Of a stretch of DNA of 64,000 bases, positions 39,897-48,984 are shown piece after piece. Each line of letters starts with the position of its first letter. The first letter of the stretch is position 1. The notes under the pieces are model-generated. The model saw only the letters and a list, made by a program, of their open reading frames with translations. It did not search any database and had not been told where the DNA came from. Source of the stretch: Candidatus Poribacteria bacterium (GTDB lineage: Bacteria; Poribacteria; WGA-4E; PCPOR2b); NCBI GenBank assembly GCA_965116925.1, contig OZ220744.1:992001-1056000 (forward strand), in the 5' to 3' direction. Both the position numbers and the translations under genes were made by a program.

Positions 39897-41174
39897 CTAG
39901 CTCACGGACACATCAAGACCGAGAGCAACATCAATGTCCACCTGATACTCCCGAACTTCGCCGGACAATACGCTTTCCATACTCACAGAGCGTTCAGCCA
40001 AAGCGGATTCGTATGCTCCAACTATTGCTGCAACCGCCTTCATGCCGCCTTCACCGTCTACTTCGGAGCTTGTTCCGTTACGAATTGCCTCGCCGAAATC
40101 GTGATATTCAATGGCTAAATGTTTGGCGTCAACCGCGATACCGGGGTCAGGCGCGTCTGCTGGAGGTTCGTATTCAACGCCCCCTTTGCCAAAAAAACGC
40201 TCGGTTATTTCGTTGAGTTCAAATTGAGGCAGAAGCGACAGGATCTCTTTTCCTTTTAGTTCCCGTCCTTCTAGACGTAGCACGACTGGTCTGCCGTTGC
40301 GGTCTCCGGGGGCGTATACGGCTCCCCAACGACCATGGACACTCCGTTCCCAACCTTGACTGCCGCGCCCACCACCGACATACGAGAGTTGAACAATAGC
40401 CCCTGATGCCATTGTGTACAACGCAATGACGGAATCCTCACCGGTCGCTTCGACGGTTTCCGGGTAAGTTTTGACACGTTCTCGGTAGGAAATTAGTGGA
40501 TGATCGGCGTGATCTGGCTTGCGGCGCACAGGCTCAACGATAAGCCCTCGACCAAAGATCTGGCTATATTCACCCATGTAGTAGCGGATAATGTCGGCGT
40601 AGTGAACCCCCATATCCAGGCCGATCGCACCTTTCTCCTTGAGGTGTCGCCAAGGGGTGATAGCCATCGTATCACCGCCACCGAGAGATGTCTGAATCAT
40701 GAGGTAAGGGTCACCCAACAGCCCGTGATCGATAATCGATTGCACCAGTCGGTTGGGCGTGTCCCTGCGATAGTTTTCCGCCGTTGCGAGTACTGCACCA
40801 CTGTGCTGGGCGGCATCAATCATCGCCTGACAGGCACGTATCGTAATTCCCAACGGCTTCTCAACCATCGTATGCTTCCCCGCCTCCAGTGCCGGCACGC
40901 CAACCTCGTGGTGGGTTGAACCGTCGGTGACGACATCCACAGCCGCGATATTGGGATGGGTGAGGACCTGATCTAAATCGGTGAAAACCATTGGCTTCCT
41001 GCCAAGTAGACGCTCTGCCTCGTTTGCTACTAATTCCGCGTTCTCCTGCCGAATATCACAGACAGCTACCAAATCGAGGTTGCCGATACCGCTATCCTTT
41101 AGTTCTTTATAACCCATGACATGTCGATGTCCCATGCCACCGCAACCCACTAGGCAGATTGGAACCTTTTCCAT
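39897..41174 (-). CDS. Gfo/Idh/MocA family oxidoreductase
   Basis: VGCGGMG, VEKPLG, AENYRR, DMGVH. Confidence 0.9.
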   Translation of the reverse strand: MEKVPICLVGCGGMGHRHVMGYKELKDSGIGNLDLVAVCDIRQENAELVANEAERLLGRKPMVFTDLDQVLTHPNIAAVDVVTDGSTHHEVGVPALEAGKHTMVEKPLGITIRACQAMIDAAQHSGAVLATAENYRRDTPNRLVQSIIDHGLLGDPYLMIQTSLGGGDTMAITPWRHLKEKGAIGLDMGVHYADIIRYYMGEYSQIFGRGLIVEPVRRKPDHADHPLISYRERVKTYPETVEATGEDSVIALYTMASGAIVQLSYVGGGRGSQGWERSVHGRWGAVYAPGDRNGRPVVLRLEGRELKGKEILSLLPQFELNEITERFFGKGGVEYEPPADAPDPGIAVDAKHLAIEYHDFGEAIRNGTSSEVDGEGGMKAVAAIVGAYESALAERSVSMESVLSGEVREYQVDIDVALGLDVSVS

Positions 41175-41435
41175 TTTGATCTCCTTGCTATAGTTTTTCT
41201 CTGATCTGAAGTATCTGCATTTGAAGGGTCAGCGTGCTAAAAACATAAGCTCGGGTGCGATGAGCTGAACAATCAGGGAGAGAACAATGGTGAGTAAAAA
41301 ACTGACAGGAGAAGGTGATGAGAGAAACACAAAGGGAATCTGTGCACGCTTCACGTCTGGGTTAAAACGGAGCTCGTAATACCATCGCTGAAAGCATCAA
41401 GATGGCACGCCCGATAGACACTCTTTGTGTGCTGT

Positions 41436-41927
41436 CTATCGGGCAGTTGGTGCTTCTTCCAATTGAGCGTACTGTCCACTATAGAAGATAAGTGGCTCGC
41501 CATTGTGAGTTTCACCTGCAAGGGGTTCGCCAATGAACATATCGTGGTCGCCGGCGGGAGCGACTTCAACAACCCGGCAGTCTATATAAGCGAGCGCATC
41601 AACGAAAATAGGAGCCCCGGTTTCCGCTTCAGTCAGCTCTAAGTCCGAGAAATCCTTGGGTCCCGGCTTCGCAAACCGACGGGAAAGCTCTTCTTGGTCG
41701 TGCTTAAGCACATTTATCGCATAACACTGACCTTGCGTCAAGTGTCCGTGCATATTGCTCTGACGGTCTACGGAAACCACGACTAGCGGCGGATCAAGCG
41801 ATAGAGACATGACAGCGTTTGCCGTCATGCCCGAAATCTGTTCTCCATACCGTGTTGTTACAACCGTGACCCCTGTTGCAAAACGGCCCATAATCTGCCT
41901 TTGAAGCATCGGATCAAACGCCATCAT
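41436..41927 (-). CDS. Flavin reductase family protein
   Basis: FATGVTVVT, SLSLDPP, GDH. Confidence 0.93.
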   Translation of the reverse strand: MMAFDPMLQRQIMGRFATGVTVVTTRYGEQISGMTANAVMSLSLDPPLVVVSVDRQSNMHGHLTQGQCYAINVLKHDQEELSRRFAKPGPKDFSDLELTEAETGAPIFVDALAYIDCRVVEVAPAGDHDMFIGEPLAGETHNGEPLIFYSGQYAQLEEAPTAR

Positions 41928-41945
41928 TTTTCTCCTTGTCTGTTC

Positions 41946-43022
41946 TTAGATGGTTGGCATCGCAGGAACGACCTCGTTTGCTAGCAACTCTTGGGAACGC
42001 TTCCATGTGGCTCTGTCGTCCCAGTCATGTGTAATCATTAGCAGTGTGCCAAATCCACCGGACTGTTCCCACACCTCTTCAAGGCGACGGATACACTCCG
42101 CCACATCACCGATGATACAGATTTTCTTAAGCACATATTCTGGCGTTATGTCCTCATCGGGGAAGTCCGGATCATCTTTCAGAATATTGAGCATATTTGC
42201 TTTTGTAAGAACAGTGATCAGGTAGTCATAGGCACCTATGAAACTCCCATTGATTGCGTGCTCCCATGCTTCTTCAGTCGATTCACCAACAAAGATGCTG
42301 CGCGAGATGCGCCAGTCGGCGCGATTAGGTGCGGGCAGCCCAGCATCTTCAGCACCAGCGCAATAAGTCTCCCAATGATTTTCAAGGGTTATGCCCGGTA
42401 CAAGGTTCGTGCTTATCGGTATAAAGCCACGCTGTCCCGCTGTCCGTGCTGCCATCGAGTTTCCTCGGACAATGCTCATGGCGACCGGCGGATGGGGTTT
42501 CTGGTAAGGTTGGAGCAGTACCCCAATTCCACGTTCATGATCGAGGGTTTCAAGTTTTATGTTCCAGTAATCCCCGTTGAACTCGAAAGGTGGATCGGTT
42601 TGCCACAACTTGAGGATGGTGTCGATTGCTTCTATGGTCATCAACCCTTGGGTCTTTGGGTCAGGCAAGTCAAATAGTCCCCAATCGGTTGCTACTCCGC
42701 CTTGCCCAAAGCCGCAGTTGATACGGCCACGAGAGAGGTGATCAAGAAATGCAAGGCGGATTGCGGTATTGACCGGATGGTGCTGCGGGATAATCGATAC
42801 ACCGGTGCCGAGGCGGATGTTTTTTGTGCGTGGCAGCACATTGCCAATGAACACATCGTTGGACGGGATGGGTTCCCATGCGACCGTGTGGTGTTGACCA
42901 ATCCATGCTTCGGTAAATCCCAACTCATCAGCGAGGACAATTAAATCAATGTCCTCTTCAAAACACTCCGTCCGGTTTTTCTCCGGGGGATGCAATGGCA
43001 TCATAAACACGCCTAGGTTCAT
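41946..43022 (-). CDS. LLM-class flavin-dependent monooxygenase
   Basis: ADELGFTEAWIGQHH, IRLGTG, LDHLSRGR, PYQKPHPP. Confidence 0.92.
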   Translation of the reverse strand: MNLGVFMMPLHPPEKNRTECFEEDIDLIVLADELGFTEAWIGQHHTVAWEPIPSNDVFIGNVLPRTKNIRLGTGVSIIPQHHPVNTAIRLAFLDHLSRGRINCGFGQGGVATDWGLFDLPDPKTQGLMTIEAIDTILKLWQTDPPFEFNGDYWNIKLETLDHERGIGVLLQPYQKPHPPVAMSIVRGNSMAARTAGQRGFIPISTNLVPGITLENHWETYCAGAEDAGLPAPNRADWRISRSIFVGESTEEAWEHAINGSFIGAYDYLITVLTKANMLNILKDDPDFPDEDITPEYVLKKICIIGDVAECIRRLEEVWEQSGGFGTLLMITHDWDDRATWKRSQELLANEVVPAMPTI

Positions 43023-43069
43023 TTTAAGACCTCCCATGTTTCTATCTGTTGAGGCTTTGTGAATGCAAA

Positions 43070-44026
43070 TTACGGTTCCTCAATTGGATTCGATCCGGCC
43101 AACTCACGAAAGCGATTGAGCGTCTTCAAAATCCCTTGCTCCATTGTGTATTCGGGTGTAAATCCAACCTCCTGAGCGATTGGTTCCGCATCATAATCCC
43201 ATGAAATTCCAAACACGCCCGGCTCAAGCGTTATCTGTGCACTCGGCACTAATTTCTTTAAGTAAGCGACACCTTCCCTAACCGTCCGAATTCCACCCTT
43301 GACGTTGAAAACACGCGTCTTTGTAGCCGGACAGGTGCAGGACATCACAATAGATCTGGACACATCTTCGACGTATTGCCAATCTATCGCATCGTCGCCA
43401 AATGGAGAAACGTAGGGTTTTCCATGTGCAACAGCTTCAATCATTTGTGTTGAGAATGAGCTCATCCCCCGGGTCCGTCCGACACCGTACACCGCGGTAA
43501 ATCGTAATCCTATCGTGTCCACATCGTAGTTGTCAAAATAGTGGGCCGCGTATCTTTCGTTCATAGATTTGCACGCCCCGTAGATGAATTTTGGATAATG
43601 CGGGGCATCGTTTGCAATCTGCTCGTGATTATAATCTTCCGGTGATCCGAAGACTGCGACACTACTCGCCCAAACAACCCGCTTGAGTCCGAAAATTCGC
43701 GCTGCTTCAAACATGTTGATTGTGCCCTCACATACAATCTTCAACGCCTGGGGTGGGTTGGCATTGCACGCTGGCACCTGCCACGATGCTAGATGGATAA
43801 TCCTATCGATTTCGTGTTCTTGGACAGTTCGCAACACATGTGGGAGATCGGTGATATCCCCCTGAACGAAAGTAAACTGCTCAAGCTGTTCCTCTGTCAG
43901 CACCATTTTGGGAATCGTAAAATCTGGAATAAAATCGTACACAATAATCTTTTCGCCGGCGTTCAGAAGGTCACGAATGACATAGGATCCAATGCACCCC
44001 ATTCCACCTGTTATCAAATATGCCAT
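43070..44026 (-). CDS. NAD-dependent epimerase/dehydratase
   Basis: LITGGMGCIG, SS, YGACK. Confidence 0.9.
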   Translation of the reverse strand: MAYLITGGMGCIGSYVIRDLLNAGEKIIVYDFIPDFTIPKMVLTEEQLEQFTFVQGDITDLPHVLRTVQEHEIDRIIHLASWQVPACNANPPQALKIVCEGTINMFEAARIFGLKRVVWASSVAVFGSPEDYNHEQIANDAPHYPKFIYGACKSMNERYAAHYFDNYDVDTIGLRFTAVYGVGRTRGMSSFSTQMIEAVAHGKPYVSPFGDDAIDWQYVEDVSRSIVMSCTCPATKTRVFNVKGGIRTVREGVAYLKKLVPSAQITLEPGVFGISWDYDAEPIAQEVGFTPEYTMEQGILKTLNRFRELAGSNPIEEP

Positions 44027-44168
44027 AGACTTCAACTCCTCTTAGGTCATTTCCTTTCTGTAATTGTTGAGAAAATCAGTTAGGCACAGAGATATTCTGA
44101 TGCCTAGCGCGTAAACACCGCTAGGTTGCTTTATATCCCTGTTTTGCTCGCTTATTGATGGGACTGGG

Positions 44169-45462
44169 GTCAGTTACCCCGCCCTAAAGGACGGGGCTTG
44201 TTTATCCGTCCAATGGGTCTTACCGAGTTCCGCGCTTCTGTCCCCGGACGGGGCGGTTCGGGGTCGTTGACTACCGACACACCTCCACGCAAGGCTACAG
44301 CAGCCTTTTTAATGTTTATCGCAGCGTTATAATCTCTATCCAATACCAACCCACAGTGTGGACAGGCATGGACACGATCTGATAACGATTTCGGTACAAC
44401 TGAATCACAACCTGAGCATTTCTGACTGGTATGCTTGGGATCAACTTGCGTCAACGTCAAGCCAGCGTTTGCAGCTTTGCTTTGAAGTCTTAATCGAAAG
44501 TTACCCCAGCCAGCATCAGATATGCTCTTAGATAGATGCTTATTCTTTACCATGTTCTTGATTTTCAGGTCTTCAACAGCGACTTCTTCGCATTGGGAGA
44601 ACAACCAATGAGCGGTCTTCCCCTGAAAATCACGACGTTGATTGCCGATATGTTCATGTATCTTGGCAACATGCTCCCGTTGTTTCTCATAGCGGACACT
44701 GCCTTTTTCACGACGGGACAATATCCGTTGCGCTTTACCAAGTCTCTTTTCTGACCGGCGGAAGTGTCGGGGGTTATCGACTTTATTACCATCTGAGGTG
44801 GTTAAAAACGACGCAAGCCCTACATCAATACCTATTGTCGTTTCAACGGGAATCTCAACAGGGTCTGCAATCTCAACGACTATGCACACATACCATCCAC
44901 TCGCTTTGCGCCGTACCGTCAACGTCTTAATTTTCCCATCGGGCAACGGCCGGTGGTAATGGATTTTAACATGACCGATTTTCGGCACAACGACTCGCGC
45001 TGTCCGCTTGCGAATATCGCGTATCAACCAGTTCGATAAGTGCTTAAACGTCATTGAACGATACCGACCGGCACCTTTGAAGCGTGGAAAGCCGGGTTTG
45101 TCTCCCTTCTTCCCACGGCGAAAAAACGCTTGGTAGGCTTTGTCTAATCGGTCAATCGTATCCTGCAAAACGTCAATATGAAGCGATGCGACTGGGGCAG
45201 ATTCTTGGCGAAACGGCGTTAAGGCTTTTTCTTGGGTTGATTTCTTAACCGACTGACCGGTCTGTTCGTAGGTCTCCTTACGCCATGCAAGAGCTTGATT
45301 ATACAAGTTGCGAAGGATTTCAAGCCATGCGACCAATTTATTGAATTGCTTGACTGTTGGATAGGCTCTGTATTCATAAGTCTTTTTCATAATCAATGCT
45401 TTGAATCTATCACAAAAGGAGACGTAGTTTCCTCTCCGCTCTAAAGGACGGGGCTTCCACTG
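44169..45462 (-). mobile_element. IS200/IS605-family (IS1341-like, TnpB-only) element
   Basis: Related subterminal hairpins aagccccgtcctttagRgcggRg at both ends on minus strand; right end ...ggggtaactgac; no tnpA; left boundary inferred. Confidence 0.85.
44170..45390 (-). CDS. tnpB: RNA-guided endonuclease TnpB
   Basis: YEYRAYPT N-terminus, GIDVG (RuvC-I), VEDL (RuvC-II), CSGC/CPHC zinc finger, DRDYNAAINI (RuvC-III). Confidence 0.95.
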   Translation of the reverse strand: MKKTYEYRAYPTVKQFNKLVAWLEILRNLYNQALAWRKETYEQTGQSVKKSTQEKALTPFRQESAPVASLHIDVLQDTIDRLDKAYQAFFRRGKKGDKPGFPRFKGAGRYRSMTFKHLSNWLIRDIRKRTARVVVPKIGHVKIHYHRPLPDGKIKTLTVRRKASGWYVCIVVEIADPVEIPVETTIGIDVGLASFLTTSDGNKVDNPRHFRRSEKRLGKAQRILSRREKGSVRYEKQREHVAKIHEHIGNQRRDFQGKTAHWLFSQCEEVAVEDLKIKNMVKNKHLSKSISDAGWGNFRLRLQSKAANAGLTLTQVDPKHTSQKCSGCDSVVPKSLSDRVHACPHCGLVLDRDYNAAINIKKAAVALRGGVSVVNDPEPPRPGTEARNSVRPIGRINKPRPLGRGN

Positions 45463-45783
45463 CTAAGATTTTGGTGAATTGACATCGACAAGAATATCGT
45501 TGCCCTCAATTTTCACAGGATACGTTGGGAGTTTCTCCTGCTCTGGCCAGAGGCATTTTCCTGTCTGCACATCAAACTCCCACATGTGGAGTGGACAAGT
45601 GACGACGTTATCATCAAAGAATCCGTAGGTCAAAACGCCACCAAGATGCGGGCAGATGTTATTCATCGCGTAATAGTTGCCATCGATGTTGTATATACCG
45701 ATGAAAACGCCTTCGACTTTAACACCGAGGCAATCACCGGGCTGGACCTCCGTTGTTTCGGCAGCTTTTACAAACTGAGACAT
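45463..45783 (-). CDS. Rieske 2Fe-2S ferredoxin subunit
   Basis: CPHLG...CPLH. Confidence 0.93.
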   Translation of the reverse strand: MSQFVKAAETTEVQPGDCLGVKVEGVFIGIYNIDGNYYAMNNICPHLGGVLTYGFFDDNVVTCPLHMWEFDVQTGKCLWPEQEKLPTYPVKIEGNDILVDVNSPKS

Positions 45784-46154
45784 TCACATTCCTTTCTCAT
45801 CTGTTTTTTTAGAGTTTACGCTTCATGTTCAACACCTTCATTGTATCACGTCTCTCAATATTCCTCAACCTAATTCCTTATGCTGAATTTCGGAGGAAGC
45901 AACGAGAAAATCACATGACCACATTGGTCAATTTTATCGTGTATGGAGGGGACAGGTGGGCAAGGCGATGAGAGACAAGTCTCAAATCTTTTGGAAAATA
46001 ACCTGCTGTTTGAGGATATTCGTAAACTCCTCAAACAGCAGCCCTAGGAAAATTGTTGGTCAGCGAACGCAGAAATCAATGAAACGATTTGCTAGGAAGT
46101 TGAATGCCGAAATATCATGTCTTACGTTTCACGTTTTATGCATCACGTCCCTAT

Positions 46155-47297
46155 CTAAATGTATCCAGTTGACCCATCTGGACGAATCGGGCAGGTGCGT
46201 TGCCAGTGGACGTATTCGTTATCTCCGATGACATCTTCATTTATCTCTACACCAAGCCCTGGTCGATCTCGTAATTCCAGATACCCATCTTTGGGCAGAT
46301 AAGGTTCATCCACCCACTCATTCCATTCGGTTCCTGTTGGCAGAATATATTCGAGGATCTTGAAGTTGGGTGTTGCTGCAGCAAAATGTACGTTCACCGC
46401 GGTCGCCAACGGTCCCATCGGATTGTGGGGGGCAATGGAGACATAATGCGCTTCGGCAATAGCAGCTATTTTGCGCATTTCGAGCAATCCGCCGCAGACG
46501 CAGATGTCCGGCTGGATGATGTCTGCCCCTTGTGCAGCCATCAGGTTGAGGAACTCAAATCGCGCGTAGAGGGATTCACCGGTTGCCAATGGCACCTGCA
46601 TCTGAGAACGCAAGCGTGCCCACGCTGGGATATGCTCAGGCCTGAGCGGTTCTTCGTAGAAATAGGGGTCATAAGGTGCTAGCGCATTGGACAATTGTAG
46701 TGCACGAATCGGCTCAAAGATCTTAGCGTGCGGGTCGAATGCAAATTCCCAGTCTTCCGGTGTGTGGTTACGGATTCCCTCGAAATAGTCGGCAGCGGCA
46801 GCACAAACTCGTCCCCAACGATTTGCGTCCGGCTCGATCGGATAAGGACTGGTTTTGAAAGCTGTAAATCCCCACTCTTCGTTTAATCGGTGTGCCGTTT
46901 CGCCGACTTCTTGGCCATCGCGACCGCCGATGCCGTGATAAACGCGAATTCGGTCCCGAGCTGCCCCACCGAGAAGCATATAAACCGGAAGATTCGCTGC
47001 TTTACCGCTGATGTCCCACAAGGCGTGGTCAATTGCAGAGGTAACTGCGAGCCCCACCCCACCAGCAGGGAAGCGTAGCTGCTGATGGATCTTCATCATG
47101 ATATATTCAATACGACGTGGGTCCTCACCTTTAATCATCTCGAAGATGTAATCCGCAATCGGTTCGGCGGCGAGGTTCGGTCCTACAGAGTAGGATTCGC
47201 CCCAACCGTGGATACCTTCATCAGTCTCAACTTTGATCAATCCTCTTGAGCGTCCGCCGAAGCGGGCCATATAGGTTTTGATATTCGTAATCTTCAT
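46155..47297 (-). CDS. Galactonate dehydratase-like enolase-superfamily enzyme
   Basis: SAIDHALWDISGK, FDPH, YEEP, TGES, QPD, APHNP. Confidence 0.9.
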   Translation of the reverse strand: MKITNIKTYMARFGGRSRGLIKVETDEGIHGWGESYSVGPNLAAEPIADYIFEMIKGEDPRRIEYIMMKIHQQLRFPAGGVGLAVTSAIDHALWDISGKAANLPVYMLLGGAARDRIRVYHGIGGRDGQEVGETAHRLNEEWGFTAFKTSPYPIEPDANRWGRVCAAAADYFEGIRNHTPEDWEFAFDPHAKIFEPIRALQLSNALAPYDPYFYEEPLRPEHIPAWARLRSQMQVPLATGESLYARFEFLNLMAAQGADIIQPDICVCGGLLEMRKIAAIAEAHYVSIAPHNPMGPLATAVNVHFAAATPNFKILEYILPTGTEWNEWVDEPYLPKDGYLELRDRPGLGVEINEDVIGDNEYVHWQRTCPIRPDGSTGYI

Positions 47298-47415
47298 TAA
47301 TATTCCGCCCTTTCTTTGCCAGAAACATGTTACATTCAGTCGCTATCTAAAAGACCATCTTAGGTTTGTCCCCATTTTAATCCCCCCCGGATTTTTTGTC
47401 AATTACTTTTTCCTG

Positions 47416-47444
47416 TTGACGGTGCCTACTGTCTGTGATATATT
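47416..47444 (+). promoter_or_regulatory. Putative sigma70 promoter for glpK
   Basis: TTGACG-17 bp-TATATT with TG extension. Confidence 0.55.
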
Positions 47445-47495
47445 GAAAACGCTCTGTAGATAACATAGATTGTTAGTACATTTGGTGAAAACAGA

Positions 47496-48983
47496 ATGGT
47501 ACATCCCCCGTATATTCTTTCGATCGATCAAGGTACAACCGGCTCAACAGTGCTACTCATTGATGCACATGGGGAGATTGTTGCACACGGTTACCGTGAA
47601 TTTACGCAGCACTATCCCCGTCCCGGCTGGGTTGAGCAAGATCCCATCGAGATCTGGCAGGTAACGCATCAAGTCATCGCGGATTTAATTAATGGGCATG
47701 GGGGCGCAGATGAGATTGCAGCAATTGGCGTAACAAATCAGCGGGAAACGACGGTGGTCTGGGAACGCAAGACCGGACGGCCGATTCATCCCGCAATCGT
47801 GTGGCAGTGCCGTCGCACCTCGGATATCTGTGCGGATCTGAAGGCACGCTCGCTGGAAGAGCGGGTACGGGCGAAAACAGGTTTGGTACTCGATCCATAC
47901 TTTTCGGCGACGAAGGTCGCATGGATCCTCGATCAGGTCGATGGTGCACGTGAGCAGGCTGAACGTGGTGAACTTGTTTTTGGAACTATTGACACATGGT
48001 TGCTGTGGTATCTAACAGGAGGTAAAGTTCACGTAACAGACTACACGAACGCGTCGCGGACGATGCTGTTTAATATCGACACGCTCGCGTGGGATGACGA
48101 ACTGTTGGAGGTACTGCGCGTGCCAAAGTCTGTTTTGCCAAACGTACAGACCTCCGGAAGCATTTTCGGGAGAACGAGGAATATTGTCTCGTTGCCGGAT
48201 GGCATCCCAATTGCCGGTATTGCCGGAGACCAACAATCAGCTCTGTTTGGACAGCTTTGTACACAAGCCGGCATGGCGAAGAACACCTACGGCACCGGAT
48301 GTTTCCTAATGCTTAATACAGGTGAGCAGCGGATCCACTCAAAATCCGGACTATTGACAACATTGGCTTGCGGTTTCGATGAAACACCGGTTTACGCGCT
48401 TGAAGGAAGCGTGTTTATCGCAGGGGCAGCGGTGCAATGGCTACGGGATGGGTTGAATCTTATCGACGCTGCCGCAGAGACGGAAGCGATTGCCGCTAGC
48501 GTTCCAGATTCGGGTGGTGTGTTTGTGGTTCCTGCCTTTACAGGTCTCGGTGCACCGCATTGGGACGCAGAAGCACAAGGTGCAATACTTGGCTTGACGC
48601 GGGGCTCAACACGTGCCCACATTGTCCGAGCAACACTGGAATCGATCGCACTTCAAACAGCGGATGTCGTCGCAGCTATGCACATTGATGCAGGAATTGA
48701 ACTGAATCGGCTGCGAGTTGACGGCGGTGCAGTTGCCAACAATTTCTTGATGCAATTTCAGGCGGATATACTGGGCATAGATGTGGAGCGTCCGACACGA
48801 ATCGAAACGACAGGACTTGGTGCGGGCTATCTAGCGGGGTTGACCGTCGGCGTGTGGAACGGGATTCACGACTTGGAATCTCATCGGAAAATTGATGCGG
48901 TTTTTTCACCACGAGTCGCCATCCATCAACGACAGGAAAAACTGGACGGTTGGAAGAATGCTATCCGAAAGGTCATGAGCTAA
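47496..48983 (+). CDS. glpK: Glycerol kinase
   Basis: IDQGTTG, TNQRETT, WQCRRT, YFSATK, GDQQ, KNTYGTG, DGG. Confidence 0.96.
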   Translation: MVHPPYILSIDQGTTGSTVLLIDAHGEIVAHGYREFTQHYPRPGWVEQDPIEIWQVTHQVIADLINGHGGADEIAAIGVTNQRETTVVWERKTGRPIHPAIVWQCRRTSDICADLKARSLEERVRAKTGLVLDPYFSATKVAWILDQVDGAREQAERGELVFGTIDTWLLWYLTGGKVHVTDYTNASRTMLFNIDTLAWDDELLEVLRVPKSVLPNVQTSGSIFGRTRNIVSLPDGIPIAGIAGDQQSALFGQLCTQAGMAKNTYGTGCFLMLNTGEQRIHSKSGLLTTLACGFDETPVYALEGSVFIAGAAVQWLRDGLNLIDAAAETEAIAASVPDSGGVFVVPAFTGLGAPHWDAEAQGAILGLTRGSTRAHIVRATLESIALQTADVVAAMHIDAGIELNRLRVDGGAVANNFLMQFQADILGIDVERPTRIETTGLGAGYLAGLTVGVWNGIHDLESHRKIDAVFSPRVAIHQRQEKLDGWKNAIRKVMS

Positions 48984-48984
48984 C

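Noticed and set aside
41229..41354. 41-aa hydrophobic minus-strand ORF (GTG start)
   Set aside because: No RBS and no recognisable homology; cannot be supported.
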